A stretch of 64,000 bases of DNA from NCBI GenBank assembly GCA_964016885.1, contig OZ024740.1, forward strand, positions 190,774,001-190,838,000, in the 5' to 3' direction. Each line of letters starts with the position of its first letter. Within the stretch, counting starts at the first letter, position 1. The position numbers were made by a program, and so were the translations under genes. Below the pieces are notes generated by a model. It made no database searches. It was not told the origin of the DNA and was given only the letters and a program-made list of their open reading frames with translations. Below are positions 25,276 to 38,600 of this stretch, piece after piece. The stretch is from Eledone cirrhosa. Lineage: Eukaryota.

Positions 25276-28088
25276 GGCATTTATCTTGCTTTATGTTTAT
25301 ACGAGTTATCACCAAGTCACAACCAGTGACCTCAAGAGACAACAAGGTCCGCCATGTTCAAGAAAGAACATACATATTCACACATGCATCCTTAGTGTTT
25401 AGACTTGTGATGTACTTATATTGACAGGATCTTCCTTAGTATATGGGCAGTTCCCATTAGTACTATCTTTTGTATTTCTCCTATACGCGGGTTTCCTGGG
25501 ATTTGCGATAAGTAGTCGTTAGACCCCTTAGGTATCATTCCCAGAGCGCCTACAACCACTGGTATTGTTTTAGTTCTCAATTTCCACATTTTTCCAATTT
25601 CTATCTCCAGGTCCTTATACATGCTCAATTTTTCAAATGTTTTTATAGATACATTCTTGTCTATTGGAACAGACATATCAATTAGCAGGCATACCCTCCT
25701 TTGAAAGTCCTTCAATATTATATCAGGTCTATTTGCATCTATTTTTCGGTCTGTTTGGATGCTAAAGTTCCACAAGATTGAGATGTCATCTTTTTCAAGT
25801 ATGGGAGGTGGTTGATGCTCCCACCAATTCTTTTGATGGGGCAGGTCAAAATGCTTACACATTATCCAATGTATGTATTGTGCAGCTATGTCATGCCTGT
25901 TTAGGTATTCGGTTGGAGCTATAGGACTGCACATTGAAATTATATGGTCAATGGTCTCTGGTTGTTTTTTGCATACACGGCATAATGGGCTGCACCCTTT
26001 TTTTATTATGTTGGCTTGGTAATTTTTTGTTGGCAGACACTGATCTTGTGCGGATATAATCAGTCCTTCAGTCTCCGATTTCAGTCCAGAGGATGCCAAC
26101 CACTGATGGGTTAAAGTTTTGTCAACATCAGGATTGTTAGCTCGCTCTGGGTATTTTCCATACAGAGGCTTTTCTTGCCATTTCTTAGCCAGTTTCTGTA
26201 GCAGTTCTTTCTTTGCAGTTACTTTTACCTGCTTTGCTTTTTCTGTGTTTTCCATTTCAGCAGTAAATGGGACTTCTGAAATTTGTAGTCCATTACTGTA
26301 TCTTTGTGCATCTTTTGTAATGGAATATGATCTGTTGGTGCTTTCGTGTTTCAAAACGAGTTTGATCATCCAATCATGTGATTCCCTTAGATATGTGGAT
26401 AATCCAATTGTTGCAGTTTTCAACGCAATGTCTAACTGGATTAACCCACGTCCTCCTTCTTTCCTAGGGAGATATATTCTATCTATGTCTGCCTTCGGGT
26501 GATGCATTCTGTGCATGGTTAAGAATTTTCGGATTTTTGTATCGAGCCTACGGATCTCTGTGCTTGACCAGTTGATGACATTGTAACTGTAGGTTACTAC
26601 TGGTATGGCAAGCGTGTTTATGGCATCGATCCTATTCCTTGCATTCAATTCCGTTCTTAAGATTGCTCTGACTCTGCGGTAACATTCCTTCCTTATCCTT
26701 TGCCTCATTGTCGAGTGCTTGATTCCGTCTCCTTCACAAACACCTAGATATTTGTAAGTTTGTTCTTGATCAAGCTCTCTTATCACGTTCCCCCGATCAA
26801 GATTAATGTGTGAACTCTTCAGCAGCTTTCCTCTGGTGAACGTTGCTTTGGCGCATTTATCCAGTCCAAACTCCATGTTAATGTCATCACTGAACTGCTT
26901 TACAGTGGATAATAGCCCTTGCAATTGTTCATCATTTTTTGCAAATAGTTTCAGGTCATCCATGTAGAACAGGTGATTAATGGTTTTGTCGTAGACTCTA
27001 TATCCATGTTTTGTTTCATTGAGCATTTTACTTAATGGTATAAGTGCGATGCAGAATAAAAGCGGTGATAAAGAGTCACCCTGAAAAATTCCACAATTAA
27101 TGTTAACTTCTCCAGCTTCCAGTGATTTTGTTTCACTATTCAAAAGGAGTGTCGTTCTCCATGTCCTCATACTGAATGACAAAAACCTCCTGACAACGGG
27201 GGATATTTTGAAAATCTCTAAACATTTTTCAATCCAACTGTGTGGCAAACTATCAAATGCTTTTTTATAATCTATCCAAGCAATCGATAGATTTTTGTGT
27301 CTATTATGACAATCTTCCAGTATCATTTTGTTAACCAGAAGCTGATCCTTACAGCCATATGAGCCTCGTTTACACCCTTTCTGCTCAATGGGAAATAGGT
27401 CATTTGTTATCAGGTGGTCATATGTGTATTCAGTTAGGACTGATGTTAAAATTTTATACATTGTGGTCAAGCAGGTTATCGGTCTGTAATTTTTGGGATT
27501 GTTTGTCTCATCATTCTTCGGTAGCAGGAATGTAATGCCGTTAACTAGCCATGAAGGTATCTTTTCTGGCTCCTTAACTATTTCATTGTAAAGTTGGGCT
27601 AACAGCTCATGAGACTCTGTGAAGGCATTTATCCAAAAGTTTTGTATTTTGTCTTTTCCTGGGGATTTCCATTTGCTGGTTTTTCTTAGAGCCAAGCGCA
27701 GCTGTTCAACTGTTATATTTTCCCATGTTGGTTCTTCAAGGTGAGCTGTTTCTTTCATTTGTCTGTCTATCCATGGGGCATGTATGTTATGAACTTTTTC
27801 TTCGGCCCAGATCTTTTTCCAGAATTCTTGCACTTCCTCCTTGGGTGGTATTGATTTAGCAGTTATTGTTGACTTACCAATTTTTCTGTAGAAGTTTCTT
27901 TGGTTGTTTTTGAACATATTATTGTCCTTATAGAATCTAGATCGTTTTGCAAAGCGCCTTATGCGAGCAGCTTTGGCCGACACTTTTTGCTTGATTGTTT
28001 CTATCAGCATGTCTATGTCACATGTTGATCTTATACTGTACTTTTTTTTCAATTTTCTAAGTTTAGTTTGTTTAACATGTTCACCTAC

Positions 28089-28090
<2 letters not shown>
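25276..28090 (-). mobile_element. R4/Dong-like copy R3, subfamily B, 5'-truncated with uninterrupted ORF
   Basis: Flanked on both sides by (ATT)n; shares its 3' UTR with R4, R5 and R6. Confidence 0.93.
25416..28090 (-). CDS. RT-CCHC-REL endonuclease polyprotein (~890 codons open)
   Basis: KSPGKD, YRPITCL, GIFQGDSLSPLLF, FYMDDLKL, CRVCKKQPETIDHIISMC, RHD, RPDIILKD, IDMSVP; the first ~46 aa of the ORF-track entry come from the flanking (AAT)n and the upstream 3' UTR. Confidence 0.92.
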
Positions 28091-28155
<65 letters not shown>

Positions 28156-28156
<1 letters not shown>

Positions 28157-31100
28157 AGTTGCATTTATCTTGCTTTATGTTCATACGAGTTATCACCAAG
28201 GCACAACCAGTCACCTCAAGAGACAACAAGGTCCGCCATGTTCAAGAAAGAACATACATACTCACACATACATCTTTAGTGATTAGACTTGTGATGTACT
28301 TATATTGACAGAATCTTCCTTAGTATATGGGCAGTTCTCATTAGTGCTATCTTTTGTATTTCTCCTGGGATTTGCGAGAAGTAATCATTAGACCCATTAG
28401 GTATCATTCCCACAGCGCCTACAACCACTGGTATTGTTTTAGTTTCTCAATTTCCACATTGTTCCAATTTCTATCTCCAGGTCCTTATACTTGCTCAATT
28501 TTTCAAATGTTTTTATAGATACATTCGTGTCTATGGGAACGGACATATCAATTAGCAGGCATACCCTATTTTTAAAGTCCTTCAATATTATATCAGGTCT
28601 ATTTGCATCTATTTTTCGGTCTGTTTGGATGATAAAGTTCCACAAGATTGAGATGTGATCTTTTTCAAGAATGGGAGGTGGTTGATGCTCCCACCAATTC
28701 TTTTGATGGGGCAGGTCAAAATGCTTACACATTATCCAATGTATGTATTGTTCAGCTCTGTCATGCCTGTTTAGGTATTCGGTTGGATAAATAGGACTGC
28801 ACATTGAAATTATATGGTCAATGGTCTCTGGTTGTTTTTTGCATACACGGCAGAATGGGCTGCATCCATTTTTTAATATGTTGGCTTGGTAATTTTTTGT
28901 TGGCAGACACTGATCTTGTGCTGATATAATCATTCCTTCAGTCTCCGATTTCAGTCCAGAGAATGCCAACCACTGATGGGTTAACGTTTTGTCAACATCA
29001 GGATTGTTAGCTCGCTCTGGGTATTTTCCATACAGAGGCTTTTCTTGCCATTTCTTAGCCAGTTTCTGTAGCAGTTCTTTCTTTGCAGTTACTTTTACCT
29101 GCTTTGCTTTTTCTGTGTTTTCCATTTCAGCAGTAAATGGGACTTCCGAAATGTGTAGTCTATCACTGTATCTTTGTGCATCTGTTGTAATGGAGTATGA
29201 TCTTTTGATGCTTTCGTGTTTCAAAACGAGTTTGATCATCCAATCATGTGATTCCCTTAGATATGTAGATAATACAATTGTTGCAGTTTTCAACGCAATG
29301 TCTAACTGGATTAACCCACGTCCTCCTTATTTCCTAGGGAGATATATTCTATCTGTATCTGCCTTAGGGTGATGCATTCTGTGCATGGTTAAGAATTTTC
29401 GAATTTTTGTATCGAGCCTACGGATCTCTGTGCTTGACCAGTTGATGACATTGTAAATGTATCTTACTACTGGTATGGCAAGCGTGTTTATGGCATCGAT
29501 CCAATTCCTTGCATTCAATTCCGTTCTTAAGATTGCTCTTACTCTGCGGTAACATTCCTTCCCTATCCTTTCCCTCATTGTCGAGTGCTTGATTCCGTCT
29601 CCTTCAAAAACACCTAGATATTTGTAAGTTTTTTCTTGATCAAGTTCTCCTATCACATTCCTCCGATCAAGATTCATGTGTGAACTCTTCAGCAGCTTTC
29701 CTCTGGTGAACGTTGCTTTGGCGCATTTATGTAGTCCAAACTCCATTTTAATGTCACCACTGAACTGCTCCACAGTGGATAGTAGCCCTTGCAATTGTAT
29801 ATCATTTTTTGCAAATAGTTTCAGGTCATCCATGTAGAACAAGTGATTAATGGTTTTGTCATAGACTTTATATACATGTTTTGTTTCATTGAGCATTTTT
29901 CTTAATGGTATAAGAGCGATGCAGGATAACAGCGGTGATAAAGAATCACCCTGAAAAATTACACAATTAATATTAACTTCTCCAGCTTCCAGTGATTTTG
30001 TTTCACTATTCAAAAGGAGTGTCGTTTTCCATGTCTTCATATTGAATGACAATAACCTCCTGACAACGGGGAATATTTTGAAAATATCTAAACATTTTTC
30101 AATCCAACTGTGTGGCAAACTATCGAATGCTTTTTTTATAATCTATCCAAGCAATATGATAGATTTTTGTGTCTATTATGACAATCTTCCAGTATCATTT
30201 TGTTAACCAAAAGCTGATCCTTACAGCCATATGAGCCTCCTTTACACTCTTTCTGCTCAATGGGAAATAGGTCATTTGTTATCAGGTGGTCATATGAATA
30301 TTCAGTTAGGACTGATGTTAAAATGTTATACATTGTGTTCAAGCAAGTTATCGGTCTGTAATTTTTGGGAATGTTTGTCTCATCGTTCTTCGGAAGCAGG
30401 AATGTAATGCCGTTAACTGGCCATGATGGTATCTTTTCTGGCTCCTTAACTATTTCATTGTAAAGTTGGTCTAACAGCTCATGAGACTCTGAGAAGGCAT
30501 TTATCCAAACATTTTGTATTTTGTCTTTTCCTGGGGATTTCCATTTGCTGGTTTTTCTTAGAGACAAGCGCAACTATTCAACTGTTATATTTTCCCATAT
30601 TTGTTCTTCAAGGTGAGCTGTATCTTTCATGTGTCTGTCTATCCATGGGGCATGTATGTTATGAACCTTTTCTTCGGCCCAGATCTTTTCACAGAATTCT
30701 TGCACTTCCTCCTTGGGTGGTATTGATTTAGCACTTATTGTTGACTTACCAATTTTTCTGTAGAAGTTTCTTTGGTTGTTTTTGAACATATTATTGTCCC
30801 TATAGAATCTAGATCGTTATTCAAAACGCCTTATACGAGCAGCTTTGGCCGACACTTTTTGCTTGATTATTTCTATCGGCATGTCTATGTCACTTGTTGA
30901 TTTTATACTGTACTTTCTTTTCAATTTTCTAAGTTTAGTTTGTTTAACATGTTCACCTACTTTATAGTTTGTTAAAATTTCTGCCAGATCGGAGAAGGTT
31001 TATTTGGCGATTGATGTTCTCTTGCCAAGTAGATGTCTTGTGGGAATTCCTTTGTTTTTTCATCTTCACTCCACATAAGTGAGTGGTGACTTTAGCCGAT

Positions 31101-31941
31101 GCATAATAGAGATGATTTAAATCAGTAATGTTTAGTTTGTTTGTGATGATAATGTTTTTGAGAATGATGTTAGTCTTGTGTATTATCTTTTGGTTCTGTT
31201 TGGAGTTCTGGATCTTAGGGAGGGTGTCTCGTTGCCCCATGTCAGATTATTTCCTTTTCATCCATTAGATCATAATGTCATCCTTCAAGTTGGCAAGTTC
31301 ATTCTCATTCATTTCTTTATCATTTACGATCTCATTATTTTCATTTGGAGTTTCATCTTGAGCATGCACTCCCTACATTTTTCGATCCTTTCTTTAATTT
31401 GTTCTGTTGCCAGTGATTTCGCCCCAACCCTGGGATTCGAAGTGTTACAATTTACCTCGTTTTCACTGACACATGTTTCATTTTCCCTTCGCTGACTTTT
31501 TGCTAATAGCTTGATCTGATCAATTGCTATATCAGTTAGTAACTTTTTTTTTACAATATTTCTTCGTATATTGGCTAGTTTGTTACTCTCAATATAGCCT
31601 CTGTTTTCGGGATGTTTCTTTTTCCAGTTGATATATGTCTGTTCTGTATTCGATGTATTTGATGGGTAGCACATGGCAGTGTAGAAAGCCTCAAGGACTT
31701 CTGTATTATCTTCCCTTGGCCATTTTTCTCTCCTTTTCTTTGGATTTCTTTGTGGTGAGCATGGACGGCCAACAGTAGGAGTATTCCGGTTATGGGAGGT
31801 CTCCAGCTCCGAAGTGATGGAAAGGTTTGAACCATTAGCTGATTTTTCGACCCCAGTCTGGTTCCTCTCTGAGGGACGCGGCCCTTTTTTACCCGGGGGA
31901 CGGCCGATCCGGTATGAGATTTTATCATTAAACATTTACTT
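28156..31941 (-). mobile_element. R4/Dong-like copy R4, subfamily B, ORF near complete but disrupted
   Basis: ORF pieces 31935 to 28300 are colinear with R3 and extend ~1 kb further 5' (KRREKWPRED...). Confidence 0.92.
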
Positions 31942-31964
31942 TATTATTATTATTATTAGTATTA

Positions 31965-33129
31965 CAGTTGCATTTATCTTGCTTTATGTTCATACGAGTT
32001 ATCACTAAGTCACAACCAGTGCCCTCAAGAGACAACAAGGTCCGCCATGTTCAAGAAAGAGCATACATACTCACAAATGCATCTTTAGTGTTTAGACTTG
32101 TGATGTACTTATATTGACAGAATCTTCCTTAGTATATGGGCAGTTCCCATTAGTACTATATTTTGTATTTCTCCTATACGCGTGTTTCCTGGGATTTGCG
32201 ACAAGTAATCATTAGACACCTTAGGTATCATTCCCAGAGCGCTAACAACCACTGGTATTGTTTTGGTTCTCAATTTCCACATTGTTCCAATTTCTATCTC
32301 CAGGTCCTTATACTTGCTCAATTTTTCAAATGTTTTCATAGATACATTCTTGTCTATTGGAACGGGCATATCAATTAGCAGGCATACCCTCTTTTTAAAG
32401 TCCTTCAATATTATATCAGGTCTATTTGCATCTATTGTTCGGTCTGTTTGGATGCTAAAGTTCCACAAGATTGAGATGTGATGTTTTTCAAGTATGGGAG
32501 GTGGTTGATGCTCCCACCAATTCTTTTGATGGGGCAGGTCAAAATGCTTACACATTATCCAATGTATGTATTGTGCAGCTCTGTCATGCCTGTTTAGGTA
32601 TTCGGTTGGAGCTATAGGACTGCACATTGAAATTATATGGTCAATGGTCTCTGGTTGTTTTTTGCATACACGGCATAATGGGCTGCATCCATTTTTTATT
32701 ATGTTGGCTTGGTAATTTTTTGTTGGCAGACACTGATCTTGTGCTGATATAATCAGTCCTTCAGTCTCCGATTTCAGTCCAGAGGATGCCAACCACTGAT
32801 GGGTTAACGTTTTGTCAACATCAGGATTGTTAGCTCGCTCTGGGTATTTTCCATACAGAGGCTTTTCTTGCCATTTCTTAGCCAGTTTCTGTAGCAGTTC
32901 TTTCTTTGCAGTTACTTTTACCTGCTTTGCTTTTTCTGTGTTTTCCATTTCAGCAGTAAATGGGACTTCTGAAATTTGTAGTCCATTACTGTATCTTTGT
33001 GTATCTTTTGTAATGGAATATGATCTTTTGATGCTTTCGCGTTTCAAAACGAGTTTAATCATCCAATCATGTGATTCCATTAGATATGTAGATAATCCAA
33101 TTGTTGCAGTTTTCAACGCAATGTCTAAC
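31965..33129 (-). mobile_element. R4/Dong-like copy R5, subfamily B, 3' ~1.2 kb
   Basis: ZnF-REL part near identical to R3; ends abruptly against T3. Confidence 0.92.
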
Positions 33130-34655
33130 AGAAAATCCGAGTCAGCGTACGTCGGCGTCGTCAATGTGGTCGTGTTGAGCACCAGACACGTCCAGATGCT
33201 CAGCACCGTCCTCATGGATACGAAGCGGTGACAGGAGCAAAGATAAACCAGGAAAAGTCGGTGGGCTTGCAGCTCGGCACCTGGAGAGGCAAGTTCATGC
33301 CGCCCGACAAATTCGTGCGGCGTTGGACGTACGGACCGATTAAATTGCTCGGGGTCTGGGTCGGACGGTCCCTCCAGATGGTGAAAAACTGGAGCAAGCT
33401 GACGAGCAAGGTGGCCTCCCTCACCCGGAAATGTGCCTAGAGGAAGCTGTCCCTGAAATACCGGACTGAGGTGGCGAATGCGTTCATCGCATCCATCATC
33501 TGCTACCGCCTCTCCGTCGTCCCTTGCCCAACTCCCTCCAAAGTGGAGAGCCTCCTCTTCCGCTTTTTGCGGAAGGGACGCGCTCCCATGGTTAGACGAT
33601 CCATCTGCTGTCAACATCCATTGCTTGGAGGACTCGGAAAGCCATGGCTGATGATGCGCAAACAAGCTTTGAGGCTGCGACATCTCTGGTGCTTCCTTGA
33701 CGGTGAACAGGTGTGGTCGCCGTTCACCAGGGCCATTTTCCCACAGCTTGTCTCCTTGACGGAGGTGCAGTCCTGGCTCAGGAAAAGACCAAAGGGATAG
33801 CGCTTTGAAACTGGAATGTCACCAGGCGCCCACTGCCCTCTTCCAGCTGGGGACCAGTATCGTTGGAACATCCACCTCGGCGTTCTATAGAGGACTAGTG
33901 GAGGGGAAGAGCAATGACGTTCTCGGAGAGATCCTGGGCGTCGAAGAAGATCAGCTATTTGCTCTCTGCCGGAGACTTTCATCCCAAAGCCTATGGATAA
34001 CTTTCAAAAATCCCTAGCCAGGAAGTGCTACCGCGGAGCGGTGCCGGTTAGAGATAAGCTCTACAGGCACGGAAGTTCCGTCAGCCGAGCCTGTCCGAGA
34101 TGCACGCAGAGCGACGAAATCATCGTGCACGCACTCCTTCAGTGTCCGAGCATTGCTGACTTGTGGAGCTATGTCGAACAGTTGCTGTCGAGTGTAGGAC
34201 TGATCCGGTTATCGACTGAGTTCATTGTGCAAATGGTCTCGCCGTCTTCCTTCGAGGAGGAAGGGCAGGTGGTTTTCATCTGTCTGGTGACTATGGCGAA
34301 AGAGATTGTGTGGTGGACAAGGTTGAAAGGGTTAAAGACAGACACTTTCCTCTTCGGCGAATCCCTAATTAACTTTTTCAAATTTCACTTGAAGAGGAAA
34401 TTCAGGGTAGAGAGGCAAGTGCTGCCTTCTACTAAGTTTGTTGCAAGGTGGGTGAATGTAGCGAGAATGGTCCGAGTGAACGGATCCGCTCTTAATATAC
34501 GCCTGTAGTTTAACAAATGGAAAAATAGAGAGAGGGCCCTTGCCCTGTTGGCCAGGGTGTCCGTGTTCTTTTGTGTGGTTTTCGCCACGAGTAAACCTCG
34601 GAGGTTTCCCCCTATTGGGGAATACAGCGATGTTTCAATTTTCATCTATATTGTT

Positions 34656-34693
<38 letters not shown>

Positions 34694-34836
34694 TTTATGT
34701 CTTTTTGCTTTCTTCTTTTCTCATATAAAATAATAAAAATCTTTACACGCACAAAACCCACATCGTACCATCATGTACCGTCCTGTGCCCTTTGTAATTC
34801 TTTTCTTGATGTCAGCCCTTGTGGCCAATACAGAAA

Positions 34837-34838
<2 letters not shown>
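33130..34838 (+). mobile_element. Tx1-group LINE copy T3, third subfamily, 3' ~1.7 kb
   Basis: Starts at the decayed SAYADD region; EKSVGLQLG, CCQHPLLGGLG, CPRC...HALLQC; ORF stop at 34508; (ATT)n tail. Confidence 0.9.
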
Positions 34839-34878
<40 letters not shown>

Positions 34879-34879
<1 letters not shown>

Positions 34880-35660
34880 AGCTGCATTTATATTGCTTTA
34901 TGTTCATACGAGCTATCACCAAGTCACAACCAGTGACCTCAAGAGACAACAAGGTCCGCCATATTCAAGAAAGAACATACATACACGCCCATGCATCTTT
35001 AGGTATCTAGACCTGTGATGTACTTATATTGACGGAATCTTCCTTAGTATATGGGCAGTTCCCATTAGTACTATTTTTGTATTTCTCCTATACGCGCATT
35101 TCCTGGGATTTGCGATAAGTAATCATTAGACCCCTTAGGTATCATTCCTAGAGCGCCTACAACCACTGGTATTGTTTTAGTTCTCAATTTCCACATTTTT
35201 ACAATTTCTACCTCCAGGTCCTTATACTTGCTCAATTATTCAAATGTTTTTATATATGCATTCTTGTCTATTGGAACGGACATATGAATTAGCAGGTATA
35301 CCGTCTTTTTAAAGTCCTTCAGTATAATATCATTCTATTGCATCTATTTTTCGGTCTGTTTGGATGCTAAAGTTCCACAAGATTGAGATGTGATCTTTTT
35401 CAAGTATGGGAGGTGGTTGATGCTCCCACCAATTCTTTTGATGGGGCAGGTCAACAGGCTTACACATTATCCAATGTATGTATTGTGCAGCTCTGTCATG
35501 CCTGTTTAAGTATTCGGTTGGAGCTACAGGACTGCACATGGAAATTATATGATCAATGGTCTCTGGTTATTTTGTACATACACGGCATAATGTGTTGCAT
35601 GCATTTTTTAATTATATTGGCTTGGTAATTTTTTGTTGTCAGACACTGATCTTGTGCTGA
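34879..35660 (-). mobile_element. R4/Dong-like copy R6, subfamily B, 3' ~0.8 kb
   Basis: Same 3' UTR and REL region as R3-R5; (ATT)n on both sides. Confidence 0.9.
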
Positions 35661-35661
35661 C

Positions 35662-35699
<38 letters not shown>

Positions 35700-38600
35700 G
35701 GCGACCTACGTAGTAAATCGTATCATCGTGAGTTCCGCAAAGGTTTTTTATTTTCAGTTGTTAAAAATTGCCATTTATGGAAAATTTTTATTGTTAACTG
35801 TATATAAGTGCACATACATTGATTTCTGAACAGGACACTCAAACATATTGGGGCCTTGAGCTCTAAATTTAAACTTGTTATAATTATCAAACAAAAATTT
35901 TTTCTTTGAAAAAACTCAGAGTCACACCTTCCTCACAATCTAACACCTCAGACCGACACCACCATTGTAAATATTGCTACGTTTGCCAACACTGGAAATG
36001 TAAGCAGTAGCAATATTTTAAATTTATCTCAGGCAGACATTCATTTCCCGCCATTACCAATGACTGCAGGCGTTAAAGCCGCCACCCTCCCCACCACCAC
36101 AGCGACAACAGAAACAAAATAAAAAAATAAATTAACTCGTGATATCGAAATGAATTCAACCAAAATGAACTCTTCCACACCGAACACCACTGACGCCACC
36201 ACCACCACAACTGAAACTAAAATTAACAATAACAAAAATAACGATAAAAACAACAGCAATAATGAAATTAAGAAAACTACCCTGAGTTTTGCCAGAGTAG
36301 CAAAAACGTGCGAAGCAATGCAGGTAACTCAGGAGGAATTTAGTGAAGCCAAAGGAGTGGTAAAGAAAGATGGGTACAGGACAGAGTCAGCCTCACCCCC
36401 CAACCCAATAAAATGGAGCATCGTCGCCTATGCACCGTGTCTTATCGGACAATTAACATAAAATCGCGCCGAGTGGAACGGGCATCCGTGTCCCAAATCC
36501 AAAATTCTTTGGGACATGTGTGGGCAAAGAAATCCCACATCAGACGTGGGCAGAAATATGGTACGGTGGACGTGTTCTTTGAAACACCACAGGAGGCCAG
36601 AGAACACTCCACAGCCCCATTAAGAAGTGACGACTTCACACTCGTCCCAAGCTATTGTGGCCAGAGACTTTTGAAGATCAGGGTGACCCACGTTCCACCG
36701 GCCATCGAAATTCCCTGGCTAATGGCTGCCGTCCTCGACGGCATCGAGGCCAACACCAAGATGATTGAAATAGCGAAAGAAAAGCAGGAGAACTGGTCCG
36801 GATCTGGGATGAGACTCCTGATCCAAGCGGACCAATAAGTATTGAGGAGATCCCAGAGGTAATCGACCTCTCTGACGGCAGCCACCTCACCGTAATCGTC
36901 GAGGGCAGACGACCTAGGTGTTTGGATTGTGGTGAAGGAACCCACCTAAGGGCTTTCTGCCCTCAAGCTAAAAGGTTGAGGCCACCTCTCTTACCCACCC
37001 CAGTGACTCAACCATCAACACCACCAGAAGCAGAAATGCAGCAACAACTGTAGCAGCAAAAACATAAGCAACTGTAACAGCAAAAACCCCAGCAACAGTA
37101 GCAAAACCAACACCACCACCACCCAACACGCCAGAACTAGCACCAGCGCCTACACTATCCACCATGCCACAACGAAAACCAACGCCTGTGGAGGAATTTC
37201 CACTCCCCGACCTATCGCAAATGGAGACAGATTGTGACGACGAGGAGTGGGAAATGACATCAGGAAAAACGAAAAAAAAGAAAAAAAAGCCAAAAAAGAA
37301 AAAAATCCCCTTCCTTCCCCCTCCAAAAACAAAATACAGAGGGAAACAAATGAACTATCAACCAGAAGAGTTAGGACAGCTATGCCACCATCCACACCAG
37401 CATCACCTACCCCATCACCAGAAACACCAACACCATCACCATCCTTAACCCCAAAACCACCATCACCAACACCACAAAAGTCACCAAAAAGCGAAACAGA
37501 AACAAACCCACAACAAACGCAAACAAAACAAAACAACCAACACGATACACACTACACCGCATTAAATTTGAATTGGCAGTATCGGTAGAGGTTTGGATGC
37601 CATGCTTTCTTGCATAGTTACGTCCCTTTACCTTCTGAGTTCAAATCCCGCGGAGGTTAACTTTGCCTTTCAACCTTACGGGGTCGATAAAATAAAGTAC
37701 CAGTAATGTACTGGGTAATTTATGGCTTTGTGCCAAAAGTAGAAACAATTAAGTTTGAACAACAATCAATTATTACACTACATCTAACACAACATCAGCA
37801 TCACAGAAAAAGTCTACACAACAACCCAAATGTTCACACCACCTCCACACATACAGATCACTCGCATCACACAGAAAACGTACAGGACAATAAAACAAAA
37901 ATTCCCCAAAGACATCGCAGATTTCCGACAAGCACTCTCCAGGAGTTTTATAATGACGAGGCCACAAGCAGTGAAAACGATTCAGAAACCATCCTTCCTC
38001 TACGAGAAGTAGGTAAGTGATCTTTCCCATCTTTTCCACTCCATTTCAACATGACCTCACTCAGAATAGGCAGCATAAATGCGCGTGGCTTGGGGTTGTC
38101 ATGGAAGCGGGGCCACATGCTCAACGACCTCAGGTCACTAAACATAGATGTAGTGGTCATCAGCGAGAGCAGAATCTCCGAAGCATGTGCACACATCTCA
38201 CAACCGTCCCGGATCGTGGGGGACGTGTTGCTGTGCTTTTTCGGAGAAGTTTGGATCTAGCCATACGGGCCATCTTCCTGGAACAAGAAGGTAAGTTGGT
38301 GGTGCGGGGCCGGGCAAGCTTTCTGGCCAGTCGCCGTCTATGCTCTGACAGGCGCAGGGCGGCCTGACTTCTTCCGGCGTCTGGAGACCTTTCTTGGAAT
38401 GTCACGCTCTTTAGTGTTATTGGGCCACTGGAACGGGATCTTAGATGCCCCTAGGACTGTTTGGGATTAGCCGATAGGGGAGGAGAGTGCAAGAGCCTCA
38501 GCAACCTGCTCAGGCATTTTGAACTGTCTGACAGGTACCGATTGGATTTCCCGATAGTGCCAATGTGGACTGGGACAAACCCCATAGGGTAATCCAGATC

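Noticed and set aside
26119-33231. Recurrent 127-139-aa plus-strand ORFs (MSTSGLLARSG...)
   Set aside because: Antisense shadows of the same R4-B coding segment in near-identical copies
32109-33683. 524-aa ORF as a novel fusion gene
   Set aside because: The N-terminal part is the antisense of Tx1 T3 joined to a truncated R4 copy; no evidence of function
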